Part shown: piece by piece, positions 42,256 through 55,100 of the stretch | Layout of the letters: each line of letters opens with the position of its first letter | Position numbering within the stretch: position 1 is the first letter of the stretch | NCBI RefSeq assembly: GCF_006345805.1 | Contig: NC_043008.1 | Span: 70,122,001-70,186,000 of the forward strand | From: Octopus sinensis | Lineage: Eukaryota | DNA length: 64,000 nt | Reading direction: 5' to 3' | Made by a program: the position numbers and the translations under genes | The notes under the pieces: generated by a model | What the model saw: the letters and a program-made list of their open reading frames with translations, nothing else | What the model was told of the DNA's origin: nothing | Database searches by the model: none

Positions 42256-42850
42256 GGCATATGAAGAAGCCTTCTTGTAATCAATTGATCAACTAGAAAT
42301 GACAGCTTAGTTTCCTTCAAAGCAAAGCATTCTGTTGAGATAATTTAGTCCTAGATACTGGAACATATTTGATCATTGGTCTGTTTAGTCTCATGGATTA
42401 CCTGGGGCTATGGTCCCTAAACCTACTAGAAACAAGTAAACTCTTACTCATATAACAGACCCTATTATCTTAAATAAGGAAGAACACATTGGACAATACA
42501 ATCCTAGATTCACTGTTTCAATAACAGATGGCGGATGGTCAAGACTAGAATATCTTTCTTCCTTAGTTGGCAAGATCAGACTAAATATCTATGATAACAA
42601 CAACATTAACAAAAATCATACACCATTGCATTTTGGTAGAGTCATATTTATTACGTTGTTATTCAATTTTTCTTGATTTAATCAATTCATGTACTGCTAC
42701 TTAATTATTCTGATAATGAACTGTTATACTCAGTAATTCATTAAGTTCATTACTTGGTTAGTTCAGGTGCTATAATGACTGATGTACTGATTGTATAACC
42801 TAATAAACATAACACATTATAAACCTCACAAGTTGAACTCTATTGAAAGT

Positions 42851-42958
42851 TTTCATGTTCATAGTACAGCTTCTAAACCAATCATTGAATTGAAGCAATA
42901 TCAAGCCTGGTTACTACTTAGATGGGTGGCCACATGGGAAACCTAAATGCCCTCAGCA
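42851..42958 (+). pseudogene. Decayed 5S rRNA copy (or 5S-derived SINE head)
   Basis: ccaatcattgaattgaagcaatatcaagcctggttactacttagatgggtggccacatgggaaac aligns by eye with the invertebrate 5S segment ccgatcaccgaagttaagcaacgtcgagcccggttagtacttggatgggtgaccgcctgggaatac. Many differences are CpG-type transitions. Confidence 0.72.
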
Positions 42959-44651
42959 TCACATTTAGTTTGTGTAGGTACACAGTGTAGTGGTTAGTGG
43001 TGTTCAGCTTGTGATTATAAGGTTGTGAGTTCAATGTAATTTGCAACTAACTGGATGGTGCATTGTGTTCCTGAGCTGGACACAGTGTTCCATATTGCAC
43101 AAATTTACTCAGCTGAGAATGAGTAACAACTGAGTGCTAGTGCAGCCCTCGCACCTTCTACCTCTAACATCTTGAATGTTCTGATGAGTGAACATTGTTG
43201 AGGCAAACTCACTGTTTATGTCTGCTCATGACTATTTAAGAACTTAAGACAATTAGGAAAAGCAGGGAACCGGCTATCATGACATACTCATTCATGAGTA
43301 AAGGCTGGATGTTACTACTTGATACCACTAAGAGGAAAGGGACCTAGTAGAAATAGAATCCATACCTCCCTCAAATGATACATGATTGGTTTGAAAGAAA
43401 AAGAGAAGGATGCATTAAGCAAAGTATTCTTGAAGACTCCTAAAGTACAGGATAGCTTTGATCAGAGAGGACTAAGCTAAAGAAGATAGTGGACTTTGTT
43501 AAAGGTAGCGAAGTACTAGGTAGTGCTGTTAAACTGTAAGATGGACTAAGAATACCACCCTGATGGGTTGAAGCATTAAATTGGGTATTAGATTACATCA
43601 TCCACCCAAAAATGCTCTGCTAGACTTATACAAGTATGAAGTAGGACAGGTAAACTGAGTGATGTATTAAATGTACAGTACAAAAGGCTGCTAGAAATAG
43701 CAGTTAAATCTCCTTCCCGTCTGCCTATCATCTTAAAAAAGATAAGAGTTACAGAATGTCATCCTAAATGTGCTACATCTAATAATATAAAAAGCTGGTC
43801 ACAAATGGAACATCTTTGATAGTAGGTCTGCTGGACCAAGGTTGATCCAGGGCTAAATTACAACACAAATAACATTATAGTAAAACTATAGAATCTGTGA
43901 AAAGAAGTGTACATGGTATGCATGTATGTATGTATATATATATATACGTATATGCACATTTGTGCATTTTTATGTGCAGGTGTATGTAAATATTTGTTTT
44001 ATGTTTTAATTATTTTTTTTTTACCTGTTCAACTGTTTTTCAAATCTGTTGATGTTTCATTTATTTTCACAATTAACCAATGTCCCCCCCTTCCTTGTGG
44101 CCACCACTCTTGTTACCTCATCCTCCCTTATTCTTCCCTATTACGATAATACCACTTCACTCTCACTACTCCCAACCCCCAATCTATCCAACAATACAAT
44201 TAAGCATTTCATATCTCTCTCTTTCTCCCTCCCTCTCTCTCTCTGACAAATATTCTGCCTAGCAGAATCGTTAATCTTCTTTGCAACATGACATTTACTG
44301 TAATAATATTCTGACATTGTGAAAACAACATGGCCATTTAGTCAAGTACAATACTGTTGCAATATAATGTAACACCTTAATTTTTTTACTCTGCAGTAAA
44401 TAATGATTTATTTTATCCTTTTATCCTTTGCTCTCTTCATTTTGATACTATTCCCACCACCAAAAGCAATATTAAACCAGGCAAATTCTTTGGAACCCAT
44501 TACTATATTCTTCCCAAGAAAAAGAATTATGAAATTTTCAAACTTAGGATCCATGATTGTTGATAACCAAAAAACAGGCTTGGCACATAGATAGAGAAAC
44601 ATAGCACGGATATGTGTATGTGTGTGTGCATGTACATTTATATGTACCTAT

Positions 44652-44886
44652 TTCTTTATTACCCACAAGGGGCTAAACATAGAGGGGACAAACAAGGACA
44701 GACATAGGTATTAAGTCAATTACATCGACCCCAGTGCATAACTGGTACTTAATTTATCGACCCCGAAAGGATGAAAGGTTAAGTCAACCTCGGCGGAATT
44801 TGAACTCAGAATGTAGTGACAGACGAAATACCGCTAAGCATTTCGCCCGGCGTGCTAACGACTCTGCCAGCTCGCCGCCTTCAGAG
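44652..44886 (-). mobile_element. Young full-length family-A SINE with 20-bp target-site duplication
   Basis: Intact A-box (tggcagagtcgtt) and B-box (gagttcaaattcc), CpGs retained. GTACATTTATATGTACCTAT is duplicated at 44632-44651 and 44887-44906. Confidence 0.9.
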
Positions 44887-45527
44887 GTACATTTATATGT
44901 ACCTATGTACTTAGGTATGCACACCTGCATGTTTTCTTCTTCTGATTGCTTTGTTACAGAATATTTTCTGGCGACCTGCTTGGTGGCAAAGACAAAATAT
45001 AGAAAGATGTGGGTTGTGTCTTTTCATCTTGCTCTATGTCATTCTGTCTATGTTTTTGATTTTGATTTTTCCAGTTTCAGCCCATGAGCTGTGGCCATGC
45101 TGGGGCACCATTCTGTCTATGTTTTTAACATAAGCAACTATCTTGAAAATGAACTAAGATGAAACAAATGAGTAATTAGTTAACAGTGCTAATGTTAACT
45201 GGTAAGCCGGTAAACCGCAAAAGTATCTATATGGTTGCTAGACATAGTAGAAATAACTGCTAAATTCTTATCGTATCACAATACCATCTTTAATGTATAA
45301 TGAGATGCATTAGATAATGTAGTCCAAGGTACTCATAGTTTTACAAAAATAGTAAGATGGATGTGGTTGAAATGCTTTTTATCATGGTTCCCTTATTCAA
45401 TACTAACAATAACCAACAAACATATCTCCACCACCACCATTACAATCAGACTAAAAAAAAACAAAACAAAACAACAAATAGCAAACAAATCAACAACATT
45501 ATTCTAATATAGAATTAATAAGAAAGG

Positions 45528-45578
<51 letters not shown>

Positions 45579-46917
45579 ACACTCTGGTGAGTGTGAGGAA
45601 GTGCATCCAGCTGTAAAAATCCTGCCAAAACAGTCACAGAAGTCTGGTACAGGCTTCTGCTTGGCCAGCTCCTGTCAAACTGTCCCACCCATACCAGCAT
45701 GGGAGGTGGATATTAAATGATGATAATAGTTAGATAGATAGATAAATAGATAGATACATGTACTGGTAGCACCTAAAAGTACCTAACACATTCTCTAAAG
45801 TGGTTGGCATTAAGAAGGGCATCCAGCCATAGAAACAATGCCAAAATAGACAATTAGAGCCTGAACTGCTCTCTAACTGGACAGTTCCCGTCAAGCCATC
45901 CAACCCATGTCAGCTAGGAAAATGGACATCAAATGATCTCACACACACACACACACACATGTATACATCTATATATGTACACACATGTATGTATATATTA
46001 CACAAAGATGGCAACAGGAACGTGTTTTTTTGACAGGTTCATGTCTTCCATATTCCATTACTGTTTACAAGTTACATTTTATATCACCAAGATTTTTCTA
46101 ACTACTTCCTTTGCATAAATTAATCAATATTTTCTAGAACAATCTTCTGCTTCTGTTATTTTCATTACTCCACTAATGTTGCTGTTGTTTTATTTAAATA
46201 GTTTATAAAGTATTTTAATGATTATTATTGTTGTTATTATTATTGGGAAGGTCATTACACCAACGATAACAAACACAATTACTGGTTCAATATCACTTCT
46301 TTATTGTTAGTCAATTGGTTAAATATCTAACCAACTAACTGATCAATCATTTGTTTAATGTATTGGTTAAACAATCAATTGATTGTTTGTTTGTCAAAGT
46401 CCTTTTGTTGCTATTTGCAACCTCATCAATGGCATGCACACTCTCTTCAAAGTCTACCTTGTGTCTGTCTGAGAGATAGTCCTGTGCCTGTGTGTATGTA
46501 TGTTTGTATGTGTGTCTGTAGATGCTGGGATATGTTTGTCATCCCGTAAAGATTCCTTATGTGGAGAGGGAGGGAAGAGGAAGGGAGAACAGGGTAGTTA
46601 TGTGTGTATGTGTGTGTATGCGTGTGTGCACATGTTTGTGTAATTGAGTTAGTTCTCTGACTGAATGTATGTGTGAGTGCTTACGTAAATGTGTGCATTT
46701 CAGTGTGTGTGTATACACACATGCATGTGTGTGCAGTGTAACCAGTATTGTGAATAAGTAAGCAGTTGTGTGCATGTGAGCATGTGCCTGTGCAAGTCTG
46801 TATGTATGTGTGTGTGTTATATGTGCATGTATGTGTGAGTATGTGCAATAATGTTTTACCTCACTGGGTAAACCATCACTCTAGACTAACCAGCAACGTT
46901 TTTCTTGTAATTAACAG

Positions 46918-47128
46918 GTAATGTGGAGAAAAGCATCTGATCCTCATCCATGGACAATCGGTACCTACACATATGTAAAAGATTCCAGTGTAACGGTAAC
47001 TCATAATGAAGAAGCCAATGAATGGAACTTATTAATAAAAAATTTAGAAAAACGACATGGTGGTGTATATGTGTGTCAAGTGAGTACACGTGATAGGATC
47101 TCTCGACAGGTGCTACTAAGAATTACTG
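46918..47128 (+). CDS. Internal coding exon, C-terminal half of Ig1 of the Dpr/ZIG-8-like gene
   Basis: Acceptor ttcttgtaattaacag ends at 46917 and donor gtaagt starts at 47129. VMWRK...TIGTYTYVKD...EWNLLIKNLEKRHGGVYVCQVST carries the Ig Trp, WNLxI and GxYxCQVST motifs. Phase 0 joins exon 492-616 in frame. Confidence 0.93.
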
Positions 47129-47269
47129 GTAAGTATCAGCTCTGGGTATTTTACAGTGATCTGCAAGGTAACTTTTGATACAAGATCTTTCTCACACACA
47201 CTTTGCATTTTGAATTGTTTGGTTTTTGTGGGTTTTTTACCTCTGTTGTTGTATATTTTTTATCTTCAG

Positions 47270-47284
47270 GCGTTGACCTTAACT
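47270..47284 (+). CDS. Candidate 15-nt alternative linker microexon (GVDLN)
   Basis: Strong acceptor gtatatttttttatcttcag 141 nt after the Ig1 donor. 15 nt, phase 1-1, frame-preserving, but the donor ACT|gtaaca is weak. Confidence 0.3.
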
Positions 47285-48888
47285 GTAACACTTTTATGAC
47301 TGTATTTCCCATGGAGTATATATATATATATTTATATGCATAAATGAAATAAAGTAGTACTCAACATATCTGGTAAGCGTTCTGAAAGAGTTTGGTTCAG
47401 CTCCACATAACTTGAAGTCTTGTGGTTTTGTCCTATGCAACCATGAATCAACTGTTATCAATACACACACACATGCACACACATATATGCATGCATTCAC
47501 ACACATATATACTAGCTGGGTAGTCCATTGTTGCTGGGCAATTTACAAAATAAAATACCTTTATTTCAATATTTTTGTATTCTATGTCAGACCATGCCTT
47601 TCCAAAGGGGAAGCATGAGCAATATACATGTACAGAGAAAGAGTGAGAGACAGTGTCATAAATATAGAGAAGAAGGGTAAGTTCACTACAAGGAAAGCAT
47701 AAAAGACAGAGAGAGGGGGGATCTTTTCTATTGTTGCCACAGATTTTGAAATTAAGGGAAACTTTTCAAATTTGATGAATTGATGTAATTTTTCATGCTG
47801 AATATGGTTTATGATACCTTAATCCCAAAATGTTTTAGAAAAATGTTACAGATGTTGAAAGTTTGATAAATTTTACCCAATCTGGATACAAAATTTGGAA
47901 GCTGGTGTTTCCTGCATAATAGCTATCACAAAATGAAAGCTATTACATTACAGCAATGAAGTTTTAAACAAAATAATAGTAATTACATGTTATATTAAGA
48001 GAGAGAGAGTGTTGGGAGCAGCATGCATAAGAGAAATACATGTACAGAAAAAGAGCTCGAGTGAGTGTGGTAAATATATCTAGAGAGGTAGAAAGTTTAA
48101 AAGACAGGAGGGAGACATATGACAAACAGTGAGAAGGAGATTTAGCAATCTAAAAGCGGAGTTATTTCTTATATCAAATTATATTTTCTGATTACTGTTT
48201 ACGATAAACCCTCTCTTTGGGATGTAAAGTTTGAAAATCATGCTCATTTTTCTTGAGGACATTTTCCTTTAGATCATTTTGGGGTTATATAAGCATATAT
48301 ATACACATACACTCTCATTTATATATATATATTAGAATATAAGGATGAAGTCACATTAATGGTTTTTATCAGGTAGTCAGAATGCAATAAAAATTTATTG
48401 GTAATTTTTATATTAAATTAAGGATTATATATATATACAACAAAACTTCCTTAATGATAAACCCCTAAGCAAGTATTCCCCTTACTAGAATTAGAATGCT
48501 AATGAAGGGCAATCTTACAGTATTAGTGTATGGTATAATATATACAACAAAACCATCATAAACTAAGAAACCATTAACTCCCGAAATAAGTTCAACATCC
48601 CTGGAACTAGACACCCTATTAAGGACAACTTAGAAATCACATGAACACAATGTAAAAAAAGGTTTGCAGTGAACAACAAAAACAAATAAAGAAGCACATC
48701 AAGTCTATGCATCCTACCATCAGCTGCCCAATGGATATCCTTATCATTTTGATACCTGGGCACTGCCATTCAATCCAGTCGTGTCAAAAGTGTTACAAAC
48801 ATAAACAAACAGAGCCTGGAAATTAAGAGAGTGTAAGCATGGACCAAACTTCAGCACAGTGCATCCACTATGTCTACACCAGCTTATC

Positions 48889-48952
<64 letters not shown>

Positions 48953-49130
48953 TATATACACCAAATATATACGTTTTATTTATTATTTTGCACATCACTT
49001 AATCATCGGTATATTATTGTTATTTTATATTTAAAATTCTATTATATGTAATTTTCTAGATGGTGTAATTTAATTGTTCATTTTGAATTGATAAAAGGTG
49101 TTTTTTTCTAATTTATATATATATATATAT

Positions 49131-49330
49131 AAAATATAAATTAGAGATAAAACCACTATTATGCAACTCAAACAGTGATAGGTATAAACCAAAACATTAA
49201 TAACAAATAATATAAATTTTTATAAGTTTTATGTTTTATAAAAATATATATTATTTGTTATTTATGTTTTGGTTTATGTCTATCACTGTTTGAGTTGCAT
49301 AATAGTGGTTTTATCTCTAATTTATATTTT
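49131..49330. repeat. Near-perfect 200-bp palindrome (arms ~95 bp)
   Basis: aaaatataaattagagataaaaccactattatgcaactcaaacagtgatag... pairs with ...ctatcactgtttgagttgcataatagtggttttatctctaatttatatttt, with a few mismatches and a short loop. Confidence 0.92.
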
Positions 49331-51877
49331 ATATATTTATACTGTGAAATTTGATTTAATACTAAATTGAATTTTTCCCTGTAAGTTTGGAATTATACTC
49401 CCTCATATTAAATATATATATATATGTATATACACATACATGCATACATATATGTGTGTGTGTTTTAATGAATTTTAAAAGTAATCAAGCATTTGGGAGA
49501 TTTTAATTAGTAACTAACCTTTTCATTATTAATCTGTTGTTTTTATGTGATGGTGGATTGGTAGGATTGGGCAAAATGCCTTGTGGTATATTTTTTGTTC
49601 CAGCTCTTTATGTTCTGAATTCAAATTCTGCCAAGGTTCTTTTGTGATTGATAAAAAAAATGCACCAGTCATATACTTGGGTTGACTAACCTTTCTCCCT
49701 TTAAGATTGATGGTCTTGATCCTAAATTAGAAACAATTAATTAATCTGGTGTTTGGAGGTAGTGCCTTACAAAAAGCCTTGCAGATTTTCTTCTGAATTT
49801 TGAGTTCAAATTCTGTTGAGGTCAACTTTTCTTTCATTTCTTCCAGATCAATAAAATATATAATAGCAGTCAAGTACTGGAGTCAATTTAATCGACTAAC
49901 CTCCTCTCACTTAATCTCAAGCCTTGTATCTATATTAGATAATTGAAATTATTAATAAATTATTGATCTGACATTTGGAACACAGCAGAGATTCTGACAT
50001 ACATTTAAGCTTTTGTTATTTAAACCAGTCATATCCAGCCCAAATATTATGCCTGCCTTATGTTTAAACTGGTCAGATTTTGCCTCTCTCACCTCATCTT
50101 CAATGTTATTTTAAAAATAAACAATTGCATCCTGAAAAATCTCAAAGCTGTGGGACAATGTATGGTCTATGCAAAAACAATGTGAATACACACGCATTAC
50201 ATTTGACTGAGTAATCCGAATGTTAAAGAGTTAACTTTGAATATGGCATTTCTTTCATAAAACTAAACCAGGAATAGTCTTAGTCAAGTTATTAGCAAAT
50301 AGTTAAAGTGTTAGTTGTTCTGATCTATTCACTGGGTACTGCTTGTGTTACAGAAGACAGAAATGCTGATTTATTCAAGAATATACATTTTTTCTATGTC
50401 TATTGAAATTCAGTTATAATTTTTTTTCAAAGAATTTTATAAAACAGCATTCTTTTGGCTTGTAAAAATGGTTTTATTTTCTTCACTGGAGAAACATCAA
50501 TAGAAACTGTCCCTTAAGGGTTAAATTCTTATCTTTGTTTTTGTCATTTTTTTTATCATTTCCATTCATGTTTCTGTTTCTCCTCACATTTTGTTTTTTG
50601 CCTTTTACTTTATTCTTGTTGGAATCATCAGCATCTCATTATCTCCTTCAGCATAGTACTAACTTCATCAATTTCTCCATTTTACCATTTACATCATCAT
50701 CATCACGTTCATTTTACCATTATCATCATATTCATTATTCTACTATCATCATTATCATTATCATCATATTACTGCAGTCTTCATCATCTTCTTCTCCTTC
50801 CTCTTATGCTTGTCATCATCATCATCCTCAACATAAACAACAGCATCAATATTATCATTACCGCCACCATCAGCATCTGTGTACTTTATATTATTTTGTG
50901 TCCTTTAACAGCTCTTCAGACTCTTCTCTCCCTCATCTTAGCATCATTTCCTGGAGATATTTCTCATATTTCATTCATATCATCTTCCTTCATCATCTAG
51001 GAGATGCTTCCCCTGTAAGGAAAAGAAAAAAAAGAAACAATGCAAAACAAAAAGAAAAGAAGCAACAGAAAACTAAACAAAACTAAAAAATAAACTAACA
51101 AACAAATGAAAAAGATGCATTTGAAATTATTACCTGGAGGAGAATTATCAGAGGTTATAAACTGGAATAATGATACCAACAGGATCAAAAGACCAAATTT
51201 TCAGCAATGTAACAGGGATGATTATAGTTAGTGATTGCTCACAATATCAAATGGCCCCAAATTTAGAAGTTGGGGTTAGCAGGTGGGATTTAATCTCTTT
51301 AATTACCAAACCTCCCTTTCTCTGAACCATTACTTATCGTATTGACCCTCAGTGGGATGAAGAGCACAGTTAGTTGTTTTAAGATTTGAACACAGACCTC
51401 TGCCTAATCATCACTTTGTTATTTTAATGCTACAGCCCTTCTTAGTGCCTTCTTCATTTGCCTCATTAGCACACAGCTACAGATTCGTAAGGAAGGAGTA
51501 TAGTTTAAAGAACTGACCCTCATTAATACTAATCAAGCCAATGTGGGAGTCTCTACAAGGTCACTTGATCTGCTAGAAAATCTCCCTGAAATCACAACCA
51601 ATGTGGTCCTGCTCATAAGTAAAAGGTAGGATGGTCATAGCTTGAATGTCTATGATCATAGGCGTGCTCAACCAGTTGGTTTGATGTTAAACAGGAGCAA
51701 CAACAAAACAGTGTGGTTATGTCACACATTGCCTTTGACCTTCAGCAGTAGTTTAAGCTATAGTCACCTTCTGAATGAAGTTTATGCATCTAAGAGTGGA
51801 GTACTAGATATCAAATGATTTGCTTTGATACTTCCTTCTTTAGTGTGATATTTTCACTTTATTTTCTATATATTTAC

Positions 51878-52119
51878 CTTGCTGGGTGTGTGTGAGAAAT
51901 AGAGCTGCATTATACCCAGGGGAATTCATTTGAGTGTAGGGGCCCAAGATGTTTCCTTTTAGATTTGCCAAAGGTGCAACAGCCATATTAGTGCCAGAGC
52001 CATAAATAAAAGAAAATAAATGAGTACTCTCTGCAAAATGGTCAGTGTTTGCAAGAATATCAGCTATTGAAACTAAGTCAATAAGAAATTTTTGAGTGAT
52101 TTGTGGTCTACCAACCCAT
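51878..52119 (-). CDS. Candidate antisense internal exon (80 codons), unknown product
   Basis: Minus-strand ttgttgctgtatttgtag| ... CAGCAAG|gtaaat brackets the only open frame: WVGRPQITQKFLIDLVSIADILANTDHF...GYNAALFLTHTQQ. Sequence is not low-complexity. No partner exons identified. Confidence 0.25.
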
Positions 52120-55100
52120 CTACAAATACAGCAACAAGCCATCAAACTCCTGCCACATTAGAAACAGGCATAAAATAATGATGATGGTGATAGATGACAA
52201 CAATGTCATCCATCCACCCAGGGAAATATTAGTTCACATATATTGTGAACCTCAGTACATGAGAAAATAATGAAGATCCCAGCAGTGAATATGATATCTG
52301 CATAATGTACTTTTGCATTATGTAATTATATTTATTCATATAAATTGTAATTATCTCATGTGTGAGCACAGCAATGCCTCATTATTTTGTTTTGTTCCAA
52401 CAAGATGTTGGTGTTGGTGGTAAGAGTAAAAGAGTGGTGTTTACAAATTGTTACTGATGATCAATTCTCATATCACGCACAAAGAATATTACTACAACAT
52501 AACTGATTCTATTAATTTACTATTGTTGTTGTTGTTATTATTATTATTATTTTTAATAATATACTTAATATTATAGTTTTTATATATTATTAATTGTTAT
52601 TATTAATACTGATATCATTTTTATTAGTAATATTTCCATTTGATTTTAGTTAATATCATTTACATTATTGATAATATTATTAAGTATCATTACTTTTTAC
52701 TGTTATCTTTGTTTTTGTCATCATTATTATTACTATTATTATTATTATTATTATTATTATTTGGTTTGGTTGCAATTCCATTCTGTAGCCAAGTCAAATA
52801 TAATTCCTCCAAGCATTCATTCAACTGTACACTGATTAAAAGCAAATAACTGGCCTAAATACTGGGAATTCTGATGTAACAATACAAGGGGAGAAATAAT
52901 AAGTTATGTATTAATAGTCAGAGAATATCTCGACTGCATAACATAAGAAGAATTTACAGTGAAATATGCTGTATTTATTTATTTGGCCTAATGGAAAACC
53001 TTATAGTATATATACATAAATACAGATACACTTATATATCTACATAACTACACACACGTGTATATATGTGTGTGTATATATGTATGTATATATATGTATC
53101 TTTTATTAAAACAGTGAGTTCAGTAAAATGCCTTTTAGTAGATTCACTGTTTTAATACATGTTCACACTTAGTATTTATCCTTTGACTACTTTAATGTAA
53201 GTGGTCTTACCATGTTACCCAGAGCAGGTAACCCCTGGATCATCATCATCATCATCAATGTTTCTTTTTAAGCATCCACTTTTTCTGTGCTGCATGGATC
53301 AGACAGAATTTATTTGGGGGAAATGTATCTACAGATGCTGCAGGACCATGTGGTAAGATTAGGGTTTTGTTGTCCAGTATAAAGTGGTTGGCTAGTTCAC
53401 TTGAGTATGGCTAGAGTGTAGGTCAGGTGGGCCTCAGTTTTTTGAGGGTTGAGTATTTGTGAGGGTAGAAGTTGGAGGAGAGGTGCAATGTCCTCTTACA
53501 ATACAATGAAGCAAACTGTTGTGATCTTTACCTCTTTAATATTCAAATTACTCTGTCACATGTAATAATTATTCATTCACTCTGCTTTGAATTAATCATG
53601 CATTATCTCATAACTTTAAAATTTTGATACTGTGATGGTTTATTTTCAGAATGATATTGCAGGGTAGGTGTGTGAGGCTAAATGTGGCTGGTTTGAATAT
53701 AAAACAAATAGAATATTTGGGACTGATATGGGTGGTTTAAATGCTAAAGGGCTGAACATGACATCACAGTAGAAACCCTACTTGAGGCTATAGCTACACA
53801 GTGTCTTTATAAGCTGCCATGCAATCAAATATGAATTCATTTAACATCGCATTCAGGGCTGAGGATCTGACTCTGACCCTTCTATTTGCAGTATGATTGA
53901 CTCCAAGTCCAACTCCTCTATTTGTAGTTAAACTAATTACATATTTCTTATGTTTATTAAAAATGCACTACATAAATGACCTATATGAACGATCTGGCTA
54001 CTGTTTAGCATTACAGACTATCAAGACTATATGTAAAGGTTATGGCTATACAGTTGTGGCCTTTATATTTTATTTATTAAAGTCATTACAAACAATTAAG
54101 TGCAAGGCAAACCCTACAAAATTATAAGAGGCTGTTTTCATTAAATGACAATAAAGTAAAGTGATATAAAAGAAATAAGTTTTAAAAACACTGCAAAATA
54201 CAATCAAGAACATTTTTCTTCACTGTTTCAAAAATCTAAAGTACATCAAAGTTAAAACAAAAAATATTGAACACTTAAAGCCACTTAAACAAATGGCCAT
54301 TTTTAAAAGAAATAAACTCAATTAGATCATAACCCTTCCTTTTTGAGATTAAAGCAATGTTGGAATATAAAATTTAAGTGAATGTATTATGAAAGATTAC
54401 ACTCAAGGACATTAAAAAAATTATAGTGTAAAACATTGAAAAGTTTATCGCTACAAAATTTATTACAGAAACACTCTATCTATACAGTAGGGGTTAGATA
54501 AAAAAAAAAATCCAGATCCAGAATTTACTAACATCTTATTTTCATTTTTTCTCTCTTTTTTTTTTTGTTGAAACAGAATTGGTTCTACCTGATCCACTCC
54601 CATAGAAACCTTTAAATCTGATTTGATTATTTTTAGCAGAGAAAATACTCAAAATAATATCTGTAGAATCTGAAATCTTCATGCTTTATATTTTTATCTT
54701 AAATTGAGTCAGAGTCAGTAAAAATGTTCTGATTCTGACTCAACTAATCCAATAATTGCATCTGGCTCCAGTTCTGACTCGACAACCCTTCTTGCATCAA
54801 CATGTACATGTCAATGTAGGCTACACATCATAACAAGGCATAAACTGTTACCATTTCTAAGTATTGCATTTACAGTATTATCACTCATGAACAGAGGAAG
54901 TATTGTCCCAAATTCTTACATATATTGTTATATATGTATATATATATATATTTCTTATACTTTTGTTCTGCTCCTGTAATGAACTTTGCACCATTTATTC
55001 ATTACACTGTTATTCATTTTTAAAACTTTTGTCTTTGGTAATACATTTGCTGACTTGTTCATTTGATCACAGACGTATATAAATATATGGACATGCAGGT

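Larger units (their letters stand above)
41690..43870 (+). mobile_element. Cluster of short interspersed repeat family E (ctagaaatagcagccaaatctccctc...)
   Basis: About five copies here, with others near 8700, 21280, 45240 and 51560, sharing ctagaaatagcag..aaatctccct..ggatggtca..gaatg.ctttgatcataggtctgct. Confidence 0.6.

Noticed and set aside
43180-43215. CTGATGAG...CAAAC hammerhead-like motif
   Set aside because: No GAAA box and no convincing stem II.
44408-44602. Minus-strand 64-aa ORF (…KEFAWFNIAFGGGN…)
   Set aside because: Short, no recognisable domain and weak splice context; within chance expectation.
617-46917. Dscam-like array of mutually exclusive half-Ig exons in the large intron
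   Set aside because: I found no additional Ig-like exon paralogues by eye or in the ORF track; a tBLASTn with both half-exons would settle it.
50535-51086. 183-aa His/Ser/Ile-rich ORF
   Set aside because: (CAT)n-derived low-complexity sequence with a TTG start and no domain.
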